From: Acanthaster planci
Lineage: Eukaryota
Direction: 5' to 3'
NCBI RefSeq assembly: GCF_001949145.1
Contig: NW_019091359.1
Location: forward strand, 1,257,976-1,313,411
DNA length: 55,436 nucleotides
Position numbers and translations under genes: made by a program. Below, one piece after another: positions 1 to 12,534 of the stretch (positions are counted from its first letter, which is position 1; the number at the start of each line of letters is the position of its first letter). The notes beneath the pieces are model-generated. The model searched no databases, was not told where the DNA came from, and worked only from the letters and a program-made list of their open reading frames with translations.

Positions 1-256
1 TTTACTGCGATTCCATAGTTCCATTATTTGAAACGAAGAAAGAAAAAATCACTTTTTGTTTTAAAACAGAGGTGTCGATTATTCATGTCTATGCTGTCAT
101 GCGCAGTGCCAGTGATCCAGCTGAGCAGCAGTATAGTTTTTCAATGTTCCTGTTTTCTTTTTACTCTGACAATAGGCATGGAAAGTATATTTATCCAGCC
201 CCAAAAGTAAGTTTGAATTAATCTTTAATGGCCGCGTCTGGTTTTATCGAGTACAG

Positions 257-391
257 ATCGTCTGGTTCACCGCCCTAGTCCCGTATGTGATCCTGCTCAT
301 TCTCCTAATAAACGGTTTACTGTTGGAAGGTTCAATGGACGGGCTTCGCTTTTACGTCACGCCCACGTTTGACAAACTTGGAGAACCTACG
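257..391 (+). CDS. SLC6 exon (TM5): [45 protein letters not shown]
   Basis: cag| acceptor, |gtaaaa donor, 135 nt, phase 0-0; not in the ORF track. Confidence 0.93.
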
Positions 392-3300
392 GTAAAATTT
401 GGACGGTGTGATTAGATAATAGGTCTTATGTACAAACATTTATAGGCATTAGTACATCAATTGCAAGCGTCGTTGGGAAAAATTTTGATTGGAAAGGACG
501 TTTTAACGATCGACGTTATGACGTCTTGGTGTCTTTTGCTTGTTGAACTGCATAGTTCTACGATTACATCCAATAGTAAAGTATGGTTCCAATGTTGTTT
601 GTAAGTGTCTGTTTTTACAAAACACTATAGCGCAGAGTAGAGTCTAATCATAATGTGTGCAATATGACAACCATGCTTACAGGGGTCCAATTAGCATGTC
701 CGATCAAAATTGATGTACGCAATAATGAAAGCTTTAACTGAAAGTGGCTCTTTTTATTGAGCAGGTATGGGTTGATGCTGCCACACAGATCTTCTTTTCC
801 TATGGCGTCGGCATCGGCTCGCTGATTTCTCTCGGTAGCTACAATCCTTACAGGAACAACTGCTTTTTGTAAGTGATAAATCGTTGGGTTAGATCATACT
901 CGTTTAATTGTCCCGATCTAAAATGGCATCCCTTGGTACCCAGCGTGGCTTTCCCCATGGCATCAGATTTGACAGCGTCTATATATGGATGCTCTCGACC
1001 ATTAGGGCGGTGAGTTTTCGAAATTTTTTGCAATGATCGAACGACCCATATGCTCATTGTCGGCGGACCGGACAAAATAAACACAGCGTAACTAGGATTT
1101 TACTGGGGGGCACAAAAGGGGCTCTAGCATCGTTTGGGGCACCAGCTTCCAGTGGTGCAGTTTTTGAGGGGCAAGCTTTGGTGGCTTTGTGCAATATCCA
1201 GTCATCCGTTTTTATTGGGGGGGGGGCACAAGGAATTTATGGGGGCACGTGCCCCAAGCCCCCCCCCCCAGCTACGTTACTGCATGCGCAAAAGATTGTT
1301 TGATCACTTACTGCTCATGTACATGTACTCATCAGTGGACACGTGAGGCATATATGTCTCTACTGGGGTGGGAAGAAATCTCCCCTCCCCACATCCCGCG
1401 GAATTTTGTCATTTTTTTTTTCTCCTGACATCCTGGATCCTGCAGGTGTTTCCTCTGTTTTCAAATATTGTTTTGGGCGAAAACAAAAGGGATCGCTTTT
1501 TCAAAAATGCCCATCCCCAACTACGGCTAAAAGCTCGAAGCGTCACTTGAACAAAGTCTTGATGGCCTGCCGACGGCAAACTCTTGTTGAAGGGTAGAAT
1601 TATTCTCGCCTGCTTTCCATAAATATAAAATTAAGAAACACTGTCGGGTTAAACAGTGGTAAACAAGTGAGCGGTCACAGAATCGCAGCTTTTAGAGGGG
1701 AAGGATAATGTGGTTTGTTTTGACCGGCTGGCTAGACGAAAAACAAATTAGCCATTCGGGATACTGCATTCAAGTTTACACAGGCAAGCCTGTTAATGAC
1801 GTCTCGCTTTAAGCAAGAGCTCATCCATTTCCTTGCCGGTGCTAAAAATAGTTGTTTGTGCTCGCCGCGAAACGACTGTGTACGTGCGGAGCGGAGCGCA
1901 GGGTTCGTTAGAAATGACCCAATAAAATCAGGTCCAAAACAATAAATCCATTATCCCGACACATTTCGTTCCTTGATCTATTTTATTTCCCTGCACTTAG
2001 GGGCACGTGGCATTGGCAAGAGTGCGTAAAGATGATCTGTAAAGGGATATTTCTGGTTAAATATTTCTGTTTTAGTCGGTATCTTTCTATTCCCTCTTAG
2101 TTTATTTTTCCCCTCTTTTTGAATCGGAAAGCTAAAGACGTTTATAAGGCTTGATATGTCATATTGAACAATTAAATCGTTGTTTTTCAATTGACCATTA
2201 AGCCACGAAATCTTGTTTCTATGAGAAAGTGTACAAAATCCTATATCTCGAATGCTGAAGCCGACTATGTAGATTACTTTATAGAAATAGTGAAATTTAG
2301 TTCACTAACTATTTTTTTGACATTTGTAGAAGAAAACAAAGATAAAGTCGGTACCTTATGTGCTAATCTGGGGCCGAGTAGCAGAACTAGATTTTTCTGA
2401 TTCTGTCTACAGCGATACAATAGTGGTTGGAGTAGTCAACGCGGCAACCAGTCTATTTGCGGGACTGGTTATCTTTGCTGTTCTTGGTTACATGGCCTTC
2501 ATTCAAGACGTACATGTGAAGGACGTTGTTGACGAGGGTAAGATCTCTTGCTCTTTCTCTCCATTTTTGCTTGAAGCCAACACCATTTTATAACCACTGG
2601 AGCGTCATTGTTACAGTATATACCGGTATGTTTGTGCTTTGTTTACTTTACAAAGAGGTGACAAAGGTGGTTTAGCTTTTTAAAAAGAAGAAAAAGAAAA
2701 GTCCATCTCAACATTTTCACTTTCATTACAATTCCTTATGATTATGATTAACATCAAAAAGCGGGAATTTGACAATAAATCGGCTTGAAGACGGTCCAGG
2801 GAGTTCGAAACTGAAGTTTGAACATGGATTTGAAATACAGTAGAAACTGATGCCCAATCGGGCTATTTGGGATGTTCTTTTTATGACAAAACGTTATAAT
2901 AAGCAGCAGGATACAAACCGAGTGTTATGTTGATGCAAAACTATTGTGCTAGCGGAATAATGTGAAGATCCACCCGATTCGATCAAGACTCAACTTTATA
3001 AATTACGGCCCGATTCCCAATGATTGCAACCTAAACAAATCATTAACTTTCGCAGCCAATGCAATATATAGCCTCTGTGTGCCGGCCTCAACGGCACGGA
3101 TGTCAACGTGAGGTGAGATAAATTATATGTCCAGCTAAATCAGTCAGTTTGTCACGAAGAAAGCTTAGGAGCGGGAACGCGCATGTGCAGTGGGTCTAAA
3201 ATTAGACGTTCCGCAGATTTTCACAGTTTCCGTCGTGAAAGGACAGTTTGGTTGAATTAATTTTACAGCGACGAAGTGATCGTTCATTCATGACACATAA

Positions 3301-6300
3301 GTTATATAATAGTCACTTGTTACAATGTAATGGGGATGGATCTTATAATATCAATGGCAGCTCTTCGAAAAGCTCATAATGGATTTATTGGAGTTTTGTA
3401 ATATAACCAACTTGACCAAGTTTACTTACAGCTTCTGCACTACCTTTGAAACTTATGCTCCCTTCTCTTTGAATCTTTAGAGCAGCCCGATGTACGCACG
3501 ATCCGCATGTATCGGAAACTGTTTGGCGCGCAAAACGCTTAATGAACCATACGACAGTTTAAGAACGATTTACTCTCGTGACACTGCGCAATGAAAATGC
3601 CATTACCAAATCCAGTCATGCGCACATGGACGGTACCAACTATACCCAGCAAGAAATGAGACCGAGGGGTACCCCCAACATGTCCAATCCCTATATACAT
3701 TCCAGACTATTGTTACTTAACGCATCCACCCCCCCCCCGATGTCTGAAAGGAATTCCCCAGATTCCTGCGAGACAATGACCAGCACAAAGCAGGGGGGTT
3801 CTCCCCGTCTTATACCTTGCTGCATATGGTTACCAACACTTAGGCACTATTTTGTCTGGTACCCTTTCCGTAGGCCCCGGTTTAGCGTTTGTGGCCTACC
3901 CAACTGCTGTGGACACCATGGCGGGTGCACCATTCTGGTCGGTTCTATTCTTCGGCATGTTAATAATGCTTGGATTGGACAGTCAGGTGAAGAACATTCT
4001 CATAAAAATATTGTTTATGCAAGAAGCTGTAGCAAGGGTCAATAAATAGTTGACTGTTAAAACTAGGCCTTTTGAGTGCGAAAGACTACGTTCAAGAACA
4101 GCACGCGACACCACATTCATCAAACCCTTTAAAATGTCCACTCTGGTCTTGGTGTTAAGAATGCCGGTACTGATGACTTTGTTATCAGTGATGACGTCAC
4201 ACGCACCCTTGTCACAAAATGCAAACACTGTGCAAGCACTTCCCGTATAAGGTGCCGAGTGAAGATACAGAGGTTGAAAGATGCCGATAGCTCCCCTGTA
4301 GGCTATAGAGAACAACTCTCGCTTCGTCATCTGAAGGCCAGACCCTTCTCTTTTTTTCCATTTGTATGGATGTCCATTGTTTGCATAAAGTTCGCGTGCA
4401 TTGTGGTCGGCAGCAGCCATAAGTTTTGCAGGCAAGCATGTTAGGAGGTAGTTTCAATTTTTTTTATAGTATTCATTATTTAGTGTTTGGATAATGGCGT
4501 GAGATTTTTTAAATAATGATGGCCACCCACAGTTTGTCAACCACTGGCAGGTTAAATTATTCAACTGTGACCTAGCATATTAAAGGAAAGTCCATATATG
4601 GGCTGTAAGTTCACAACTACAGTGGTAGGAGATTACCGATGCAAAATCATAGCGACTGGGCCGCAAGATGAAGTAAAATATCTGTCAAAATGTAGTAACT
4701 TAGTAACCACAGCCATGTGGCTGCACCCCCAAAGTGCCGCATCGATGAATATTATTTGTCCGTTTTGTAATTCAGTTCTGCGTGGTCGAGGGCTTCGCTA
4801 CATCCATCATGGACGCCTGGCCGAGGATGAACCTCAGGAAGAGACGGACATTATTCCTCGTTTCCATCTGCGTCCTGGACTTCTTCCTCAACCTGTTCTG
4901 TATCACTGAGGTTTGTTCACCTACCATCAATTTATTATCAGTTTACAAGTCATGGGCAATAAAAAAAACCGCTGAAATCTAGCACATATACACTGCATTT
5001 TGTGTTTCCAAACACACATAAGGTTTGCTTGAAAAAATGGTAACCGGCTGTAATGAGCTTCGCATATAGTTGGTTCAGTCTAATGGTACAGTCACAAGGA
5101 AACCTGATTGACCAAATTGAACGTGGTCTATAAGTGACTTCATTGGTCAAAGTTATTCTATAGTTACATAAATGCAAGGAAAATCACAAAAAAAAATAAT
5201 ACGTGAAGCAAACGCAAAACCAGTTACAAAGTCCACTGGTCGTGAAAAAAATAATAAAAAGAAACAATACGACTACAACAGTATATCTGCATTAAAACCA
5301 CATTTATTTTAATACCACAGAAGGCATAAATAGTGATCAAAGAAAAGAAGATACCTTTAAATGAAAAAATACATGTAAATAAATTGAATGGTACGTATTT
5401 TCTGACGGGTTTTATCTGTCTGGGATAGGTTAACACAGCGACTTCGTCTTTATTTAAATAGTTAATTAGACCCAACCTTTGGCTTTGTTTTTGGTGTGAT
5501 GAAAGTGACAGTATGCCATGAACGTCATATGTTAACATAAAAGAATTCCAAAATGCCTCTTTACTGTGAAATTGGGAAATAATTGACTATAGTAGTTAAT
5601 ATTTTAGACAACTGGAATTCATTCGAGGAATATGTTTTACCAAGTACTGACGTTCAGTAAACCAAACCGTGCCCAAAAGTCTGAGAGAAGAACCAATGCT
5701 AAAGACAAGACGTTAAGTGACTACCGACCGATGTTTACGATGTTTGTTCAAGAACATGGATTGCTTAAATACACTTTGTTGAACCTGATTCTTTGTCGAT
5801 TGAGTGCAAGGTATGTTTGTGTATAGGGAACTGTTTTCCCCCCTTACTTAGCTGCAAGTGGCGTTGTTGCTTGCTGTGGACCGCGACCATTTCCTCCGAA
5901 CAAGCCACTTTTCGAAATCACTCCGGCTTTTAGTTCACATTTTGGATGTCCTCACCGAGTCGGTAAATATTGACTTTCTGAAGTGGTCTTTTGAACGAAA
6001 ACAACAGACAGACAGTTTCACTCATTCGATGCCACCCGACAACAGCAATGTTTTTAAAAGTCAGATCACCCTCTAAAGCGATACCGCAAAGGAACCTAAA
6101 GAACCAAGCATAACAGGTGGTTTTTATCTGCAGATACAAAATTCAAAACCTTCATCTCTCTTCAGTGCCTCTTCTTGATGTCTGTATTAATTTTGCTGAA
6201 CTTGCATTTTTGAAATATTGGCCCACTGAGGGCACAAACTGTAATGACTTCAAAGACACATCCTTGGCACTAATAACAAAAATAGTTCACCTTTCAGAGC

Positions 6301-7750
6301 TGAGTATTTACCTCATACCTCTACATCAGGACATTGACCTGCCAAACACCAGAAGACATTGAACAGGGAAATGAATGTGTCTGGTCAATGCCCTCTCCAC
6401 AACTACAGTTGTGAGAAATAGGAGATTTTGTAGCCCAGGTTGGAAGATGTCTTTACATTTTGAGACTACTATCTAGTCGTCATACAATGTAGACGACGTC
6501 CACTGGGCGAGGAGATTGTGGTACTGTTTACGAAGTATCAATTTTCAGAATAATTCAATTGAGTTTTGTCAGTGACTGTTGGTGCATTTGACTTCCAACA
6601 TCAGGGAGGTATCTACATCTTCCAGCTGATGGACAGCTATGCCGCCAGCGGGATGCCGCTGCTGTGGGTGGCCGGCTGGGAGTGCATGGCCATCTCGTAC
6701 GGCTACGGCGCCCGGCGCTTCTACGGCGACATCGGCTCCATGCTCACTTTCAAACCGGGGTGGTTCTGGCCGGTGAGCTGGATGGTTCTCACTCCGGTGG
6801 TGTCCTTTGTAAGTCCCTGGCCAAGATTGGTTGGTTGGCTAGTTTGTTTTTTTCAAACTGATGGATAAAAACGTTGAAGTTACCTCTCCTTTGTCAAGAC
6901 ATTCACATCAAGACCTCGTATCAAGCCACACACTGTACGATGCGAAAAAAACGTAGGTGTATTTTTTGTATTATAAAATTTACGTATTATTATTAAAGTT
7001 ACGTAAAACATACGTTTAACCCTAAATTTAGTTATTTACTGAGAGATGCGCTCTAGTGATAATGGGCGACAAAATTTATTGATATCAAAAGTGCAATGTC
7101 AGGTCAAGAAGCTACTTTTGTAATTTTTCAAACTTCTGTCAAACTATTAACTCCATTTTTGCCAGAAAAGTGAATGAAATATTAAAAAGCTGTCTCTTTT
7201 TCATTACATGGACGTGTTTTACTCACCGGTGCAAGCAGGGTATCTTTCTCTTCAGTCTGATCGCCTACCAAGGACCCAAATACGGTGAGGACTATACCTA
7301 TCCCAAGACGGGAGAAATGCTGGGTTGGTTGATGGCTCTGGCACCCATGCAGTGGATACCAACCTACGCCGTCTATCTCTACTTTTCTACCCCTGGGACT
7401 GTCCGAGAGGTGAGACCGAACCCCGACGACACGGCAAAGCCAAATTCTTGCGGATTTAAGTTAACATCTTGCGCCTACAAAACCGCACGCGCTACCACAA
7501 AACCAAACTGTTGTTAAACCTGTTACCTCCTCCGTTACAGCGTCTTCACGTCATGACCACGCCCAGGGTGTTCCCCAAAATACCGGTCCAGGCCCCTCCC
7601 AGCAACGACCGAGCACCTCCCGATGACGAGCTCCCGATGACGCACCTGGACACGACGCAGCGGGTACCGGAGGACCCTCCCCCGGGCTTCAAGACGATAA
7701 CAGCCCGAAAAGCGAACGCCGACGACAGGCAACATTACGACCATGCATAG
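257..7750 (+). CDS. SLC6 sodium/chloride-dependent neurotransmitter transporter, GABA-transporter (GAT1-like) subfamily; 5'-partial gene span, 8 coding exons (TM5 to C-terminus, 398 aa)
   Basis: Exons 257-391, 765-868, 2413-2537, 3874-3986, 4776-4910, 6605-6808, 7239-7409 and 7541-7750 join through GT-AG introns in consistent phases. Motifs: [44 protein letters not shown]. Confidence 0.95.
765..868 (+). CDS. SLC6 exon (TM6): [34 protein letters not shown]
   Basis: gcag| acceptor, |gtaagt donor, 104 nt; hallmark SLC6 TM6 motif. Confidence 0.96.
1085..1282. mobile_element. Degenerate Harbinger-like MITE
   Basis: Imperfect termini cagcgtaactagg...ccagctacgttactg with internal GGGGGCAC/GTGCCCC G- and C-tracts. 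Confidence 0.45.
2413..2537 (+). CDS. SLC6 exon (TM7): [41 protein letters not shown]
   Basis: tacag| acceptor, |gtaaga donor, 125 nt, phase 2-1. Confidence 0.95.
3647..3822 (-). mobile_element. MITE family A, copy 1 (SLC6 intron)
   Basis: Imperfect TIRs cagcaagaaatgagaccgagg / ccccgtcttataccttgctg; reverse complement aligns along its length with 10609-10790. Confidence 0.75.
3874..3986 (+). CDS. SLC6 exon (EL4-TM8): [38 protein letters not shown]
   Basis: cgtag| acceptor, |gtgaag donor, 113 nt. Confidence 0.96.
4776..4910 (+). CDS. SLC6 exon (TM8-TM9): [45 protein letters not shown]
   Basis: ttcag| acceptor, |gtttgt donor, 135 nt. Confidence 0.94.
6605..6808 (+). CDS. SLC6 exon (TM10-TM11): [26 protein letters not shown]...[10 protein letters not shown]
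   Basis: atcag| acceptor, |gtaagt donor, 204 nt, very GC3-rich. Confidence 0.95.
7239..7409 (+). CDS. SLC6 exon (TM11-TM12): [34 protein letters not shown]...PGTVRE
   Basis: aagcag| acceptor (tandem NAGNAG), |gtgaga donor, 171 nt. Confidence 0.93.
7541..7750 (+). CDS. SLC6 last coding exon, Pro-rich cytoplasmic tail RLHVMTTP...HYDHA*
   Basis: ttacag| acceptor, phase 0, RLxxxxxP start typical of SLC6 tails, TAG ends at 7750. Confidence 0.88.
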   Translation, partial: RLHVMTTPRVFPKIPVQAPPSNDRAPPDDELPMTHLDTTQRVPEDPPPGFKTITARKANADDRQHYDHA

Positions 7751-7933
7751 ATTTCATTTCCATGTAGTTAATAGATTTTTTTGTGGTAAATTAATCCTTA
7801 TTCTTTAAAAACAAATTCCCTATTGCTCTTTTCAGTCAGCTACTATTCCACTTATTTCTTAGTATTTCTCTCTATTTGCTTGCTTACTCGATGTTGGAAG
7901 TGTAATATGGATATGGAGGCTTATGCTTTTATA

Positions 7934-7939
7934 AATAAA
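7934..7939 (+). terminator. Candidate poly(A) signal of the SLC6 gene
   Basis: AATAAA about 185 nt after the stop codon. Confidence 0.55.
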
Positions 7940-9794
7940 ATGCTAGTAGTTAGTTAAAGTGCCATATTCTTAATTTTGATTACTAGGCCTACACTTACAG
8001 AGATGGACCCCATAGTTTCAATTATTGGCGGGTCGGTGGGGAGGGGTAGGCAAAAGGCGCCATGTCCCCCACGATGCTTTTTGATCGTGTAATACATTTG
8101 TATATGTACATGCATAATGCCGACGAGTTTTGCTTTCACTCCTGAGAAAGGCTATAAAGGTTTAATACATACAGAATTCCTGAATTTATTTGCCCCTCGA
8201 TGAAAACATTTTGGCTCCCTTGTAAGCAGTTTGTTCTGAATCCGCCCTCCGTCAACTGTGGTTCTTATTATATCATAAAACAACAGTACACGCGCACACG
8301 TCAGGCAGAGCGTCGTCAGCGTGTACGGCACTGCGAAGTTCACTTCGCAACCTAGGCCTATGTGGTCTTGCTTGTCCATATTACATGTACTGGGCTGAGG
8401 CTGATAACGATTCAGGTGCCTATGGAAGCCGTTGCGAGATAGTAACTCGAAAATTTTTATTTTGTAAGTGGCCCTCATACGCTTCCGTACAAAATGGACA
8501 CTACGCGGTTCGAGACTTCGTCACAAGGCGGACGCGCCACGAGTTTCAGGCTCAGCGCTCCCATTGGACGATTGGTGAAGTTGCGCGTTAACTTCCGGTC
8601 CCGTGGTTCCACATTAACGGGCGATCAATGCAAATAATAAAAAAAATAGTTTAAAAAGTTCGTGGCTAACCCCCATTAAAATTGAAACGAAAAGTTATCT
8701 TCTGGCCATAATCTTGAATTCACAGTGGAAAAACGGAGGCCAACCTCTTCACGAGAGTCAACAGGCGGTGCTATTGCGGTCCGATTTTGCACTGTTTTCT
8801 ACGGGCGCGTGTTTGGTGTAGGCCTACTGCAACCCTGGCCCTATGTGCAGTGCATGTGCAGTGGGCGTGGTTTAAACTGAAGTGACGTCACACTTACCGA
8901 ACGGATAGTGCTCTATATAGGCCCTATATTTAGAACTAAAAAAAATGGCCCGATGCAAGACATCACATGCCCCGACTCCACACAAATACTCTTCACAGCT
9001 ACACTATCTGGATAATATCCAGTATACCCGTATATTAATTTACTGCTCCAAACTTCGTCAATTTCCAGTCTTAAGCTGTGAAATGATTGCATAGATATAC
9101 AGAAACAAACTTGGAAGGAAGAGATATTTTCCTTGTTGAGAATTTCGAACTACATTCCGCAAATTTAGTTGTTACATTTTATAAGAGCGACAATATCAAA
9201 GCATGTATGTAGTTCTCCGAAAAAATTCTTTAAAAAAAATCAGAGAGGCTGCGTTAAGAAATGACTACGGTGGCTGAAAAGATACACTGATTTCTGTCAC
9301 AACTGATGATCCAAGGCGTCTTGAAAAATATTATGATTTGGATGGAAAGAGACAAAGAAGATTTTCAGGTCTTAAGGATAACAACATGATTGATAATATA
9401 ACTTATGATCCGAAGGAAATGAAAGTAAGCCATGAGAAAAAGTAAGTATTTTCTTCCATTCAAGTTGTCCAGCTGCCTCCAAGTAATTTGTGACTTCATC
9501 CTCAACTGTATAACACTTGATATCGGAACACTATTACAGTTAACACGAAGACGCGTCGAATGGCAGTGTGTAAAAGCTATATATCGACAAAATTCTTTAA
9601 TCGGCTGATTTTATGAAAAGGGAGCATTTTTCGAGCAAATATGTTTTTTACAAGCAGCTTCATTTTAATAGAACGTGCAAAGTCAAACTTTGAGGTATTT
9701 TTTGGTCAGTCTCATTTTCTTTGGGAAACTAGATATAGGTAATGATTACACGTACACATGCAGCAAAAACAGGATTAATACTCGAACAAGTAAC

Positions 9795-9800
9795 TTTATT
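9795..9800 (-). terminator. Candidate distal poly(A) signal of SLC2A13 (implies an about 3.2 kb 3' UTR)
   Basis: AATAAA on the minus strand followed by GT-rich sequence; other AATAAA copies lie closer to the stop codon. Confidence 0.4.
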
Positions 9801-10608
9801 TCAAGGAAATGCTTGAGTCAAGATTGATGGGGGGCACATAATGAACAGTCCACCAAACAATGCATGGAATTCAGCTTCCAATAAGGCATAAGGCGATTTC
9901 TCCATAGCTCAAATCGTGCCCCACAATCAAAGTGCAAACATACGCGTATAAAAATAGAGGAAGATACCATGATTGTTTTATCTTAAAAGCCTCTCATAAA
10001 ATATTACTACATATTACACTATTTAGTAATTTTAAAGAAACCGAGTGTTCAAGAAAAAGAATATCTACCTGCATAAGCCTAAATCCAATACTTTGATGCA
10101 GTAACTGCTAAAAACATACAATGTCAGTTTTAACAATGGCAGCCTTTGGGACCCAGTGAAGTCTTAGTCTACAATTGACTACTCTTTCATGACTCAAAGA
10201 GAAGAAATTAATGTGGGAGGTAGGTGATGTGGGAGAAAGAGACCTTAGCTTGATACACACTCTATGATTTGTAGGTCAGTAAAATTCAGACATAAATCAT
10301 ATTGTCACACGTCCGGAGTGTAAGTCTGAGTACATGTATCTAGTTACATTTACAAATGTACATCCCACAGAAAAGGTATAAAAATGGTAGAATGTTGGGA
10401 AAAGTCCATGTTGTTGTGAATATTTGATGACTAGGGAAAATATGTCTGCAGCATACAATCAACTCAGAGATGTTTCCTGACATTCCAGCAATAACTACCT
10501 TTTATGTCGTGCTCAAGAGGTGCTGGTCAGACAAGGAATGCTCCATCAAGACCCCTGCCCCACCAAGTCTCTGTTCAGGGCCGTTCTGATCTGACTTGCC
10601 TCTTTCAT

Positions 10609-10790
10609 CCATATGATGCAAGATATGGGGCGGAGAGAACCCCCCCTCTTTGTGTTGGTCATTGTTTGATCGGAATCTCAGGAATTCTTTACAGACTTCT
10701 GGGGGGGATGTGTTTAAGGTAACAATAGTCTAGAGTGTGTATAGAGATTGGACATGGGGGCGACCCATCGGCCCCAAATCGTGCACGGTA
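10609..10790 (+). mobile_element. MITE family A, copy 2
   Basis: TIRs gcaagatatggggcgga / tcggccccaaatcgtgc (14/17); shares blocks gagaacccccct, gtaacaatagtct and gattggacatg with copy 1. Confidence 0.75.
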
Positions 10791-12420
10791 TCCTTTCATC
10801 TGTCTGGTAAGGCTTTTACAGTGATGGCCTGTCTTTCACTATGGGCCCAGCCTGTTGCGGCTATCGCTGTTGTAATTTTCTTAGTCCAGAAAGATCTGTA
10901 ATTGCCAATCGTTTGCAAAGTGCATTCCCTCTGAATTCAACAGCTTAAATTCGCTGGAACAATGATGGTTTATTGTTCCAGCTCCGATCAGTAAGATTAA
11001 ACAGATTCTACCGATAATAATATCTATTATTGCTTTTGTTGGATGTGTTGATAGAGCACTGCTGCAGATTCATGACTTGATACTAGATTTTGGAATTTCA
11101 GTTTACAGTTCAAATAGTGGTTGGAAAACACTGCTAGGGTGACAGTGGCAAAGTCACCGGATTTTCACGTCATCCTCGGGAGTCAGTAGTGGTTGCCGCT
11201 GATCTGCAAACAAACGTCAATCACATGGTTTATGCATCCATGTGCGCAAATGTGATGTATCTTCCAAGATCTTGCCCTGATGTTAATGAACCTTTAACCT
11301 CTGTACCTTGGCCTGCACTTCATTTGCATGCAAGGAGTTGCCGTGCAAGGAATTACGGCATGATTGTGGAACTTGTGCTCAAGCACATCATGGGAGTTGC
11401 TGCATGTATCTACCTTTTATTCTTGACCTTACAAGGAGTAAATGATAATCCAAACGTCTGAACATTTGATAGAATCCAGGTCACCAAATTTTTGTCAAAC
11501 ATTTCTGCCCCTAGAACTTGGTCTTGAACTTCCTATTTTCAAGGCAGTTACAGCCTAGAAACAAATGATGGCATTAACACACTTCTGCATTTGAGATATA
11601 AGGCATATATTTCCATTAAGCACAGGAGTAAAATGTGCACGGGCTCAAGGGAGTGCGATATATGTGGCATGCAATAAGGATCAAGCAATAAAGGAAAATA
11701 CAACATCGCCTATGAACACAGAGACAGTAAGAACAGCACATGAATGAGTGCTTCTGGTACTAGGAGTACATGAAAATCATTTGTTTTCAGGTAGAGGAGA
11801 CCCAGTGGGTGGGTACACACTGAAATTGTGCATAGGAAGACAGCTGATGTCAGAACACCACACCAGAGCTGTATATAGAGAGAGAATAGCGCCAAGTTCA
11901 GACTTGGAACCAAAATGGTTGTTTGTTATGGTTGCAGTACGGCATGCAGCTATTGTGCGCCAATAAGCATTTTGCGAGTTAACTTTGTCCCAAATCTGGT
12001 ACACTGAGTTCTTTAAATACACGTGAACGTAACAACATGAATTCTCCATACTAATAACCACTGTTGCTATACCTCGTGATTCAGGGCAAGCTTTTGCTTA
12101 ATTACATAAGAGACGCCTTGCAACAATACACTGTTCTCAATGGTAAGAAGGGCACAAAGGAACCAGTCCATTCCAGAGATGGTGGTCGCTACGCGAAAGC
12201 TTGCCCCGCATCACGAGGTATAGCAACAGTGTCTTTAGTCTGGGGAATTCAAATCGTTATGTTTATGTGCAATCAGATAACTCAGTGTGCCAGATTTTAT
12301 TCAAAATTTAACTCGCAAATGGCTAATTGTCCACGTGCACTGACGCATAATCCACCATGTTGGTTCCAACAATTCAGACACTCATGTTGGCACTCTTTCT
12401 GTCAACATCTCTGCACTGCA

Positions 12421-12479
12421 TTAACCCTAGCAGTCCTCAATCCTTCACCTGTTGGAGGACTGAGGACTGTTAGGGTTAA
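12421..12479. mobile_element. Miniature piggyBac-type hairpin element (TTAA-CCCT...AGGG-TTAA)
   Basis: 27-bp arms matching at 24/27 positions, 5-nt loop, TTAA on both sides. Confidence 0.75.
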
Positions 12480-12534
12480 CCCAAGAGTGACTATGAGGTG
12501 AGTACAGTGTACTCAAGTGATAACATTCAGGACC

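Noticed and set aside
3578..4045. 155-aa ORF
   Set aside because: It runs through a MITE and crosses the real SLC6 exon in the wrong frame.
9244..9441. Selenoprotein reading of the in-frame TGA at 9275
   Set aside because: No recognisable selenoprotein motif or SECIS element; decay is the simpler explanation.
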